Source: Octopus bimaculoides (lineage: Eukaryota). From it: DNA of 64,000 bases. Positions within the stretch are counted from its first letter, which is position 1. The number at the start of each line of letters is the position of its first letter. The DNA lies in assembly GCF_001194135.2 (NCBI RefSeq), contig NC_068988.1, positions 37,922,824 to 37,986,823 on the forward strand. The letters are read 5' to 3'. A program made the translations under genes and the position numbers. The notes beneath the pieces were generated by a model. The model was not told the origin of the DNA. It made no database searches and was given only the letters and a program-made list of their open reading frames with translations. Shown piece after piece: positions 51,716 to 63,850 of the stretch.

Positions 51716-52951
51716 CATCTTTTTCAGTTTAGCTTCTATGTCATCTGGGAAACTAACGACGTCTCCTAATGACGAATGATTTCCGTCATCACTTTTGGCT
51801 TCTATAGCAATTTACCTCCACTTTTTTTAAGGACACTAAACTGCATATTAACTATGCTTTGATCATAAGTTTGCTCAGTCATGGTTGATCTGGTATTTAG
51901 CCTCACCAACAACAATAATCATCAGCTGTATGCTGTTTGAGACTATGACAGTTAATTTCTCAAATGGCTACAATTCACAAGCAGAATAGGAACAACCTGT
52001 CACTATTAGCGGTAGTAACAATATAAAACTGTCGAATGTTGAGATTATGATGCTGAAAAAAATTATTTTTCGAAAATACCATTTTTTTTTTCTCACATGC
52101 CAGTTGCTTACGATATTTTCCCGCTTTCTTTTTGTGATCAATAACCGAAAGAATATAATAGATAGCTGTACGTAAATAATTATATCCACGAATGTTTATC
52201 ACAGCATACATAATCAGTTTTCAGATAATAATTTTATTCATTCCGATTAAACCAAAGCAGATTTAAACAATAATATGACACATCAACAAGATTACTTACT
52301 CACAGTCGTAATAAAACAACTCATGCATGAAGTTTTGGTAATGACAAAAAGTCATATGTGATGCGAGAACCTCAGTTTAGGTGACATCTGGTCTCTATTA
52401 AGAATATCCAAGTAGATTATTTGAGTTTCGTTGGCAGATAAGCAAAATATCTGGAAATGTTTACCAGTCTTGTTATTACACGTTAATTATCAGAAACTAC
52501 TTTTGCATTAAAAATTTCCATGCGAGCATATATCATAGTTTAAGTGAATGACACCTCAAATAAGCTTGTTAATTTATTTTGTTATTTAAAAAAAAAAATG
52601 TTTAATCATGTTTGTCAATCTGTTTGTTTGGAGAACATTTAATTTTATAAATGAGATTAATTTAACAATGATAAAGGATTCTTAATAGTCTGTTTTTAGT
52701 TCATCATCTGCTTTATTAAAAATTTACATAGAACACAACCGTTCCAAGGAAAGAAAGTCGAGTGTGTTGCAGATTTCTTTTCTTAGTAGGTAAATGTGTG
52801 TTCCAAGAGGAGTAAGAATATATGACTTCTGCTAGTGTTAGTGGAGACCAGGCATGGTTAACCGTTTTTGAGAAGTGGGCTGCATGAGACATGGCTCGTT
52901 ATCTGGCGGGCTGTACTACTAAAAAATTGAAGGTAATTTTTTAGACATGCC

Positions 52952-54059
52952 TGTAGTGAAACTAACACCTCGATCGCCATTATATACAAAGAAGCCATCT
53001 TCTCTCGCTGTTATAAATATAATCAAGTTCGGGCGTAGTAGAAAACATCTTTCCCTGTCATCACATGACTAATTATTATTTGAAGCGGCAACTGCTTCGT
53101 ACCGTTCTCGCCAGAACGCAAACTGACCAATCACAGCTCCTAATAAGGTCACGTGATAGTGTTTTTCTAATACCTCTCTGGAGCCCCTATTCAGCTATAA
53201 ATAGACTGCTAGATACTCAGCTAATTCGTCTCGGTTCAGATCTCTTAGAGACCTGTTCCGTGTACCACACAGCAGCAGCAGTTCCAGCGACAACAATCAC
53301 AGCTTCGTACAACTACGACGTCGCCATCAGCAACACGACTCTACGACTACTACAAGCATCGCCGCCGCCAGTCAACACGACACTACGACTACCACCAGCG
53401 TCAACACCACTTCAACTACGAACTACAAGATTCGCCAACATCGTCAACATGATTTCTACGTACACCAGCTAACTAAAACTACCGCGGCACATCTCTCTTC
53501 GATTCTGTTTGTGCGATTCCTCTTCGCCACGATAGACAACAGACAAGAACCTAGCCTGCGACGAACATCTGTATACAAGAACCCGGCTCGGCATGGAAGC
53601 CCTAACATCACGACGAGTGATCGCCCTGCCACACACGTCTCAACTTCTTACATACAGACTGTTACTATTGTGTACTCAACAAACTGGCAAATTCTTATAT
53701 GTGCTACTGACTCTTTTTTCTATCTGCTGTATCTCACGCATGCACATACATGTATCACTTACACACTCTTTTCTTTACACGACGGCCTGTCATTTATTAT
53801 GTTTTAATATGTCGCATTCACACTCACACACAGACATACATTTTAATGTAACAAATAATACTGTTATTCATCTTTATCGGTTGTGTTCTATCGTCTTCCC
53901 TTACTGGACATTTACGAATTCATTATGTTATCGAAGTATAACATGTATATCATTCGATATAATTTTTGTGTTCGACCGTGTGACGCGTTTTAATAAAAGG
54001 AGCCCTGTTTTCCCATTCGTCACCATTTCTCCTTTTGGGTTCGCACGGTCGTTCTTACA
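52952..54059 (+). mobile_element. Solo LTR (1108 bp), probably Gypsy-type
   Basis: Termini TGTA...TACA and 4-bp TSD TGCC (52948-52951, 54060-54063). CCAAT at 53127, GTCACGTGAT at 53148, TATAAATA at 53196, AATAAA at 53992. Confidence 0.8.
53120..53210 (+). promoter_or_regulatory. Pol II promoter motif set within the solo LTR
   Basis: CCAAT box, palindromic E-box (CACGTG) and TATA box in canonical order. Confidence 0.55.
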
Positions 54060-54534
54060 TGCCGTTCAGGAAGCCCCATAGATTGCCTATGGCTGGTGTA
54101 AGACGGTTCTTTTTGCTACATTGCATTTGGTCAGTCATAATTGAGGAGACTCTGCTAAATGCAAGAATTTGCCGCTCTCACGTCACTAAGTTCTTGACAA
54201 TCCATACTGCCATCCAAGCTCTCTCTCTCTTGTTTTCAGAGCTAGTCTCTTATTGTATTCCAGAATAAATCTGACGGGATAGATCTGTAATGACGTCATC
54301 ACTAGATTTCATTTGTGTTTATCGGCCAGATTTTTGCTGACTCCTTACTCTGTTAAAAATCCAGACTGTATTTAATAACAACTTCTAATTGCAAAGAAAA
54401 CAGCTTGAGTTCAAACTGAGGAAGAGAGCTGCTACAGGATTAATATCGTCGTCTAAACAAGAATCATCAATAACTTTCAGTTTTGTTTATTCGACTATTT
54501 TCATTGAAACTTTTTTTCCAAAATTTTTTGTGGT

Positions 54535-55110
54535 TAAGGTTACGGTTGGGGTTTTAGGGTTAAGTTTTTAGGGTTACAGTTTTAGGGTTAGGGAAAAAAG
54601 AAGAAATTGGGTGGGGGCGAAAATTTTAAAATGCCGATTTTGGGGAATTTTCCGGTATCTCCGTATCCGAAAACGGATTTTTTGGCACCCCCCCCCCAAT
54701 GGGAGCAAATGGGGGGGGGGAGGAAGTCTGTCTTTCCAAAAAATTATTCGCAAACAAAAGCCAATATGTAGACATATTTTCTAAAAAAAAAAGGTAGGTA
54801 GTGGTGGTTAATTGTTGAATATGTATGTAAACGATGACTTCCGTTACGAAACGGAAGAGACCACATAGATATAGGTTGAACTCGCCGAATGTCTACAAAA
54901 ATTCTGAAGTATTTTGTTTTATTGTTTAAAAAATGTATTATAAAACGGTAATTAAGTCGGTTTAATTAGCTTTAATAGTCACAGACTCCCACATTTGCTC
55001 ATAAAGTATTATTTACACTACACGTGTGAAATCGCCGAATGTCTACAAAAATTCTAAGATGAGCTATTTTGTCTATAAAACATCTGAAAACGGTAATTAA
55101 CTCAGATTAA
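54535..55110. repeat. Unclassified CpG-rich element with a degenerate GGGTTA array and a ~150-bp direct repeat
   Basis: GGTTAAGGTTACGGTTGGGG..TTAGGGTTAGGG at 54535-54593. TCGCCGAATGTCTACAAAA..AAAACGGTAATTAA occurs at ~54882 and ~55032. Confidence 0.5.
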
Positions 55111-55262
55111 TCTTAGTGTCCACTTCCGTAAGATGATTTATTTGTAAACTGAGTGACTAGCATGTCGACAATGTTTCTCTTTCTCGAAGTATCTATAATA
55201 TTGCTTTCAAGTTTCCTCGAGGAAGCAGTATTTTATCGATCTCAAAAGGATGAAAGGCAAAG

Positions 55263-55367
55263 GGCGAAAATAAAGAATACGTAAACATGGTGGTTGGAGT
55301 TTCGGGTTAGAGGTTAAGGTTTTTGTTACGCCGAAAACGGATGGTGTACGTATTCTTTACCTCCGCC
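55263..55367. mobile_element. 105-bp Merlin-like MITE inserted in a SINE, with a perfect 8-bp TSD
   Basis: AGGCAAAG|GGCGAAAATAAAGAATACG...CGTATTCTTTACCTCCGCC|AGGCAAAG. Removing it restores the SINE sequence GGATGAAAGGCAAAGTTGACCTC. Confidence 0.85.
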
Positions 55368-57459
55368 AGGCAAAGTTGACCTCAGTGGAGTTTGAGCTTA
55401 GAACGTGAAGACGGACGAAATGCCGCTAAGCATTTTGGCAATAGTGTATCTTTCATCTTTTACTTGTTTCAGCCATACTGGGCCTTGAAGAATTATAGGC
55501 GAACTTATTTCTTTGTTAAACCTGGTCTCTTTTACCGAAACGCTAACACCGGAGGTGGAGGAAACACAGTATATCCTCGGCCTGAGGATATAGTAGAGGA
55601 CACTCACTCAAGGTGTCATGCAGTGATACTGAACCCGACACCATGTAGTTGGGGAGCAAACCTCTAACCACACAGCTGCACCTCTGTGTGTGTGTGTGTA
55701 TGTATGTAATTTATTAAGTAACAAGAAGATGGATTTGGTTTTAATCTTTATTTTGTCCAATGGTCGTTTCGACCCATCCTGCTACTGCCTCTTATGGGTG
55801 GGACTTCGTTCAACATGTAAAAATCTACAGGGAATATGACTCAAATGGGCCAAAGGCATGAATTTATGCAAATCAAAGTGTTATGTACTGAATGACGTAC
55901 ACGCCAAAAAAAAAAAAAGCCGTAATTAATTGATATTTACCTGTTTATACATGTAATCATGTGGTCGAAATAAATCAATTTAAAATTTGAATTGGCTCAT
56001 AAATGGACGCGTTCACTGTTATATGTGTTGTGTGTACATTAGCATGATCACTATTTTTATCTGCACTCTCTCATACACTTACACACTCCTACAGACACTG
56101 CTACACGTACATACTCATACTGATACTTACACACACACACATGCACCGATACATGTACACATTGATTCGAAATTCAAGCACGCTCACATTCACGTTCAAA
56201 CACTGATACACAAATACGTACACTGATACACCACACACACAGTGACTGATCTGATACTCATACACACGCGCACACACACACTGTTATTAACTAACTCACA
56301 GTACAAAAGTAATGTGAAGGAATTATACAAACACCAGAGCAGAAAATTGGTGAGCGAAGGAAAGAGAAAAAAAAAAAAGCCTCCTAGAATCCAACACGTT
56401 AATCATTTAAACTGAAACAGCCTGTAGGTCAAGATGTCGCGATTTCCGGTTTCAGATAATGATAATTTGGTCTGGAAGCTTTTCTAAGAGAAAACATTCT
56501 CGGTTTTTTTTTCCTTTTTCTTTATATACATNNNNNNNNNNNNNNNNNNNNNNNNNNNNNNNNNNNNNNNNNNNNNNNNNNNNNNNNNNNNNNNNNNNNN
56601 NNNNNNNNNNNNNNNNNNNNNNNNNNNNNNNNNNNNNNNNNNNNNNNNNNNNNNNNNNNNNNNNNNNNNNNNNNNNNNNNNNNNNNNNNNNNNNNNNNNN
56701 NNNNNNNNNNNNNNNNNNNNNNNNNNNNNNNNNNNNNNNNNNNNNNNNNNNNNNNNNNNNNNNNNNNNNNNNNNNNNNNNNNNNNNNNNNNNNNNNNNNN
56801 NNNNNNNNNNNNNNNNNNNNNNTTTTTTTTTTTTTTTTTTCTATGCCACAGCATAGTTATGTGGTAAGAAGCTTGCTTCCCAACCACATAGTTCTGGATT
56901 CAGTTCTACTGCTTGGCACCTTGGGCAAGTGTCTTCCACTGGTAGCTTCAGGCTGACCAAAGCCTTGTGAGTGGATTTGGTAGATGGAAACTGATAGAAG
57001 TCCATCGTATTTCTATATGTGTGTGTGTGTGTCTGTGTTTATCCCACCCCATCCCTGTTTATGTCTCCATAACTTAGTGGTTCAGTGAAAGAGATGATAG
57101 AATGAATACTAAGCTTGAGAAAAAGAAATATGTACTGGGGTCGATTCATTTGACTAAAAATTCTTCAAGGCAGTGCATGAGCATAATCAGTCTAATGACT
57201 GAAATAGGTAAAACATAAAAGATGATGTAGTTTTGTATACTGATGAAAATCACATTCATTTTCTTTAGAAATTAATTCTTCTTTCTAATTTTGGCACAAG
57301 GCTTGGAATTTTAAGGAGTGGAGAAAGTCATTTACAAGACTCCAGTACTCAATTGGTACTTTATTTTATTGACCCAAAAGGATGAAAAGTAAAGTCAACT
57401 TTGGTGGAATTTGAATTCAGAGTGTAAAGACAGATGAAATGCTGCTAAACTTTTTGCCC

Positions 57460-58210
57460 ATGCAAATGCTTGAAAGAAATGAACCCAGCATGCTCTGCTG
57501 GGTGTGCAATGTTAGCGTGCATGTATGATAAAGTGTAAGTATTTTAAGAGAGAAATTGGATATAAGAGGCATCAGATGTAGTGTGCAAGAGAGGACTGTG
57601 CTAGTATGGTTATATGATGTGTATGAATAAAGAAGTGTCGATCTCTAAATGTAAAGGGAACTTGTGGAAATCAAAGGCCCAGGAAGACATGAGATGAAGT
57701 GGCGAGAAATGATCTTCAGATGTTGAGTCTCACACAGTAGATGATGAAAGACTGAGACAACTGGCGTTATGCTTGAGAAAACCTGCCCAGTGAAGTAAAA
57801 TGCATATTCATGATTCCTTCCCTCTCTTACAACCCACCCATGCCCACCACTGCTGTTTCCCTACTTCCCCTCCATTCTTCCTCGTGTGTATCAACCTACC
57901 TCCACACAATATACTCCTGTTAAATCCCTTCCCCTCACCTCCAGCGTTCACTCTCCTTTTGAAATTCTGTGAACTCGCTCACTTATCCACCCCCTTGAAT
58001 CCCTAGTTCACTCACCTTATACACCACCCTGTAATTTGGATATACAGCTTCTGGCTCCACTTTGTCACATCTTCACCACCTTTCTTCTTTTCTCCATAAC
58101 CAGTTGATGACCTTACTGTTGCTAGTGTCATATGAAAAGCCCCAGTACATTTTGTTAAGCGGTAGACGTTAAGAAGGGCATCCACCAGGCCCAAACTATC
58201 AAGGACATTC
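57460..58210 (+). mobile_element. Decayed RTE 3' end (ORF2 C-terminus plus 3' UTR)
   Basis: LERNE..MLCWVCNVSV..LREKLDIRGIRC..GTCG..RPRKT, followed by the shared 3' UTR. Confidence 0.7.
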
Positions 58211-58624
58211 AAAATGTGACTATTCTAGTGTTTTGACCATCTCAATCCTGTTTTTGAAAACATCCTGTGCTTGTCCCACCTTTGAAAATCACTTGTTGGT
58301 TTGTTTATCTCCTGATAACTTAATGATTCAATAAAAAGAGACTGGTAGAATAAGTACTAGGTACATGGACTCACTCTCTCTACCAAATCAACAGAGGTAC
58401 AGTGTGCCACATGTTCGAGGTGATCGCAGAGCAATGTGAAATGAAGTGTTTTGCTCAAGAATGCAATGCACCACTTGGTCCAGGAATTGAAACCATGATT
58501 TTGTGATTGGCATGCATCATCCTAACCACTAGGTCATGCACCCTTAGCCAAAGACAAGATGGGAAAACTTGGAATGTGGGATGGTTACAGTTAGACTGAC
58601 TACTTTTCAAAAAAAAAAAAAAGA

Positions 58625-58985
58625 AGCGAGCACTCAGCGCAAACCTCTGCCAAGGCAACACCAATGTTCTCTCAACGATTAGCCAGAGGTGACTTTTAAA
58701 ATGAGAATATCTGAAATAAACCCAACTGCTCTCACAAACGAGAATACTAAAAATGAACCTGACTACTCTAAAAAATTAAGTAAAGAAACAGGAAAAATAA
58801 TCCAGAATCCTTGTCTGGTACTGGATTGATCCCCAAATCTAATCAGTTTGTGCCAGTCATGAGGCCAAACAACCCTGAAAGTTTCATCTGAATCTATCCA
58901 GCGGTTCTTGAGAAATTTTGTCCATGGACAAACAAACAAACTTGACTGAAAACAATACCTCTGCCTTTGCTAAGGTAGAGGTAAT
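58625..58985 (+). mobile_element. Helentron-associated (HINE/DINE-1-like) non-autonomous element
   Basis: 5' ACCTCTGCC and 3' hairpin ACCTCTGCC-TTTGCTAA-GGTAGAGGT, with (CAAA)n near the 3' end and A-rich flanks without a TSD. Confidence 0.65.
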
Positions 58986-59774
58986 AAAAGACTGGTCATG
59001 GCTGGAACTCTTAAATATAGATGGGATGGTTGTATTTGGAATGCTTTTGAAGGAAGGTCAGACATTTAGAAAGATACATATTTTTGTGCACAGACATCCA
59101 CACATGCTCAAATAAATCAGACACTTTGTTTTCCATTTTGAAAATGTTTTTGTTTCAGTACAGTAAACTTTACATGCCATGTGTTCAAACAATAGATATT
59201 GTTTTTAATTTTTCACAAGATGCACATCTTTTTTTAAGTAGCAAACTCATCTGTGAAAGAAATCTGAAGATGCAATCATAAGTCAACAATCTTGTAACCT
59301 TTTTTTTAGCTTTGTAAACTGAGATTATATCTGACGACAAAACAGACTGTTATTTTTATCATTATACACTCAGCTGAATAGATATTCTGTGTGGTTGTCA
59401 TTGGATTTTAATTGCTATCACGTTAAACATTAAGAGAATAAAATAACTTACACACAATGTAATTCTGATTTTTTTTTTTTAATTCAAGCTATGAATACTG
59501 ACCATAAAGCAAGCTATTATGTTTAAAAGAATTTTATTAGGTTATTGTCTGTTCAAGAAAAAAAAAAAAAAGCACAGAATCATCATCAAACCTTGGATAT
59601 TATTGTCTCGAGTTCTATGACTCACATGGCCGATTACCTGGTTTACATGACGTTTAAATGACTGAGATCACAGCATCTCTCCGAAATGGAATGCTAGTCT
59701 GTCTCAGGGTTACTTATTTACAGATGAGTTAACTGGTAGGTAGTCCATCAGTGTCTGATGACAACAAAGTCTGC

Positions 59775-60235
59775 ATTCTCAGCAATGAGAGTAGAAGTGA
59801 CTCCACAGTCCAAAGCTGGAAGCACACAGGCACTCACAGATGTCACAGTGATAGTCTGTTGACTGGATTGATGCAGATGCTGCCCTGTTACATCTTTCTC
59901 CTGCAGCATTGAGATGTTGTTGCCAGTCCTCTTCGAAGGCAACTATGGCTCGTGAAGTGAGGGACACTGATCTGTCTGTGGCAGAGGCTCCAAGTTCACT
60001 TGGTTTGCATGCTGCTCCATTTGATGCTACTTTTCATAGTGTTTTTGTATTTCAATTTAGGTCTTCCTCATTTGTGTGAGCTTGCTGTATAGCAGTTGTC
60101 TGGGTACACAGTTGTCTGATGACATGGCTAGTCCAGTGTAACTAAACCTTCAGCAACTGAATGCTTGTTGAACAAGCTCTGTCCAGTACTTCTTGGTTTG
60201 TCATACTGTCCTGCTAGCAAATGCCCATAATCCTG
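59775..60235 (-). mobile_element. RTE/BovB-type LINE C-terminus with a C2H2-like finger
   Basis: ...LRWTSHV..; AIVAFEEDWQQH...DYHCDICECLCASSFGLWSH resembles C..C.R.C.S.IGL.SH. Confidence 0.7.
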
Positions 60236-60871
60236 AGTTGACTAGAGCAATGTGAAATGGAGCGTTTCACTCAAGAACACAACACACTTCCCAGTTCAGG
60301 AATAGAACCACAATCATGCATTCATGAGTGCAACACCCTAACCACTAAGCCATGCACTTTCACTATGGTATTGTACCTTGATGCAAAAATAAATTAATTG
60401 AATAAAATTAAAAAATAACATGGGGTGGATGTAGACATCTTCAAAACAAAATAGGATCTTCTCCTGTCAAGGGTTCTAGATGAACCTACTTCACAGCAAG
60501 AAACACAGATGAAGGTTCCAATATCAAACTCCCTCATTCACCAAATGCCACACATCAGAAGAAGTAGTGAAAGTGTAGTAAAGCTAATGGTAGTACTCCA
60601 GCTTAACTGCTGTTCTCGAACTGAAACTAGTAAAAGTAGAGTAAAAGATGTGTAAATAGATTTACAGATAAAGTTTCTTTGTCTCAAGTATTTAATATAA
60701 TACATGGTTTTGATAAAGGATTAGAATATGTACATGTGTACAAGAAAAAAAAGATTATGTGCATAGCATGTGTGTGTGTGTAGTCGCTATAGGTTGATAA
60801 CCTTCCTTAAGAGCCTGGTGAGTTATGGAAACTGGTTTCTTTTCATATTTCCTTATTCTTGCGTCTAACAG

Positions 60872-60906
60872 GTTCCGGGTGTTGTCAATGGTATCAATAG
60901 CTCAAA
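60872..60906 (+). other. Candidate 35-nt internal exon of an unidentified gene
   Basis: TTTCTTTTCATATTTCCTTATTCTTGCGTCTAACAG|GTTCCGGGTGTTGTCAATGGTATCAATAGCTCAAA|GTGAGT. Two frames are open (VPGVVNGINSS; FRVLSMVSIAQ). Confidence 0.45.
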
Positions 60907-62039
60907 GTGAGTGGGTTCTGGCAGGTTTGATTTGCCCTCTTGATATGTTTCAAAAAGTCAGTCATCAATGGTTTTGTTCAATAAGCCATTAAAGAATTTG
61001 AGATATTTTGTGTGTGTGTGTGTACTGAAGCTACTTTTGTGCTGTGTATTTCTATATTGTTAAATTTTCTTACTTCAGTTTGAAGTGGTTACTATACAAT
61101 GACTGATTATAAAGGAAAGACTAAAGTAAAATACCTTGGGATGTGTTCTGCATGAAAACCTAGTGGAAAGGTTGGTGCTAATGTACTTAATGTTGTTGAT
61201 TAAGAATTGTAAATTAATTGCAATTACACCCAAGGAGAAATAATTTTTGGCTTTAGTAATTAAATATAAATCAAAATGGAAAAGAAAGTGAAAAGAGACA
61301 GTTCTAACGTTATAGTTAAAGCAAAAGAAAAAAAAAAGCAAGAGGAGACAATCCCAACGATTTGGAATGTTGGCAGTATAGTGGGAAATGATTCAAGCTT
61401 TGGCAGTAATGTGACAACTGTGGACATATTTCTGTCTTACTAGAAGTGTTTGTTATACTGATGACTCTTTCTCTCCACCATGGGTGCCATCATCATCGTT
61501 ATTCCATGCTTGTATGGATTGGACAAGTTTTCCACGACAGTGTTTTTGAGTTCAGTCCTATTGTGTAGCACCTTGGGCAAGTGTCTTCTTCTATAACTTC
61601 AGGTCAAACAAAGCCTTGTGAGTAGATTTGGTAGTAGGATATATATCTATGGTGTGAACATGTTTTTTTTTCTTTTTTACACACTTGAAAGATCAGTCTG
61701 TAGTGAGAAACTGAATATCAGCATCAGAAATAATTAGCTTCAGGTGAAAATATAAACTCTATTACATGTATTGAGCACTTCTTTTGTTTGCACATTCAAG
61801 CATGTGTGTGTGTGTAATATGGCTTGCCTTAGGAAGGGTATTCAGCCATAAAACACATGCCAAAACAAACAGCAGGGCTTGACACAGTTGTCTCAGTCAA
61901 ATATGACTGTTTCTGGGATGGGGTGGAGGGTACTTTATCATTTCTCTGTTCTTATAACACAAAATATCTTATTAGATTGATGGAATAAATACTAAAAAGG
62001 AACTAAACACAAATCTTATTTACTTACATATTTTGACTC

Positions 62040-62747
62040 ATTTGCTACAAAGTTGCCTGAGACCATCCTGCTTCTATTGATATAAACATTCTGTTTTAAA
62101 GTAATATAAATTGAGTCCTTCCAAAATTTCATGCAAAGTTATGTACCAAAAACTAGCTTAACCTTTTAGCATTTAAACCAGCCATATGTAGCTTCTCATA
62201 CCTTACCTACCATGTCATTCTAAAACTACACAATCACATCATCAAAATCTCAAAGCTACAAGATAATGAATGATAGATTTAAAACAACGTGAATAAATAA
62301 GCATTACAATGACTCAGTGGTTAGATAGTGGGTTTGATTTCTGGACCAGGCTGTGTGTAGTGTTCTTGAGCAAGATACTTTTTCTCGTTGCCCCAGTTTA
62401 TTCAACTGTAGAAATGAGTTGCGACATCACTGGTGCCAAACTTTTCCAGCCTTTGCCTTTCCTTTGGATAAACCAGTGGCATGGAAAAGGGAGGCTGGTA
62501 TACATGGGCAACTACTGGTCTTCCATCAACAATCTTGCCCGAACTTGTGCCTAGGAGGGAAACTTTCTCGGTGCAGTCCCATGGTTATTCATGACTGAAG
62601 AGCGAGGTTTTTACCTTTTACAATTGACAGAGAAATCTGGTTGCTAAAGGGTTAATAACGACTGTTACTTTACTAAATTCTTTGTTATTTTCAAAATTGT
62701 TTGAAATGAAAGCAGTGTATTTAAACAAAGGTATGGTAACAAAAGGG
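62040..62747. mobile_element. Triple nest: MITE A containing MITE B containing a tRNA-SINE
   Basis: MITE B (62162-62651) is flanked by TTAA at 62158 and 62652. The SINE (62311-62617) is flanked by TTACAAT at 62304 and 62618. Confidence 0.85.
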
Positions 62748-62759
62748 TTAAAATTTTTG

Positions 62760-63619
62760 GTAGCATTCACAAAGATTTTAGGTGTAAGCTGCTAAGCTAA
62801 CCTGTCACTCGGTTTCAAATGCCACACAGTATCTTTAGTGGAGTAAACTCTGTTACGAACTTCCAAAGGCTTGACACATTGACGATTCAACCTAACAATC
62901 CAAAGAGAAAGAAGACTTTCCATTTCTTCAAAGATTTTGCCTCTTATTGATGATAGTGTTCTTCATCCCTGGGGCTTCAAATTTGATATGTGCTAAAATC
63001 TGATCCTTATTATGTACAATTGTCAATACAGTTGTCCGGTTCATCCCAAAAGATCGTGCAATTGCTACCACTTTTTCATCTTTTTCATGTTGGATTATCA
63101 TGGCCAGTTTATCTTGCAGCATTATAGCATGATGCTTAGCACTTTCACTATGAACTTTCTTAGGAGCCATGGGGGAAAAAATTAAAGTCACAAATGAATG
63201 AGAAAGTAGCTGACAAACAGACATAAACAAATCTGAACTCAAAACAATCATGGGAATCATGAGTGACAATGACGCCTAATGGTAGATATTGGAACTGAGC
63301 TCTGAATGACCGATAAGACAACACAGCTGATTTCATGGTTTCGTTCACTAAGCTACACTACTTTATGGTGTGTAACTTAACATTTACTGTACATATTTTA
63401 ATATGATTTTGTATGCTTTTATTCCTATTTATTGTACAGTAACATGATTTTATGTGCTTTTAACGGTTTTCTAGTGATTTTACGATTCCAATATTTATAG
63501 TGGACAGATGTAAAGTCGAGTAAAATGACTTGATTTTTATTTTGCCATATATTAATTTTGAAAACTGACAAATAATTGAGAACGACTTAAATCGAAACGA
63601 CTTATGCAAAGTATGCTTG
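62760..63619 (-). mobile_element. Tigger/pogo DNA transposon 5' portion (HTH-psq/CENP-B N-terminus)
   Basis: MAPKKVHSESAKHHAIMLQDKLAMIIQHEKDEKVVAIARSFGMNRTTVLTIVHNKDQI. The terminus reads TA|CAAGCATACTTTGCATAAGTCG on the minus strand. Confidence 0.8.
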
Positions 63620-63635
63620 TATGTATGTATATACA

Positions 63636-63850
63636 TTCGCTATGATAGATCGCTGACCGCTACACATATTTTTTTTCTCCTTGTTTCTCTCTTTGTTTCT
63701 TTCTGTGTTCCTTTCTATGGAAGAGCGTAGGCTTGAAACATTAAAGACTTTTTCAATTCTCGAGCGTTATACTAATACATCTATTTGTTTTCTACACCCC
63801 CTGTCTTCTTCTGTTGTTTTTTTGTGTGAAGTCTCCCTATATATATATAT
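63636..63850 (+). mobile_element. Penelope-like repeat terminus (second copy)
   Basis: Colinear with 18375-18570. Confidence 0.5.

Noticed and set aside
53065-54081. Three overlapping 98-162-aa ORFs as protein genes
   Set aside because: They are low-complexity, have no recognisable domain, and lie inside the solo LTR.
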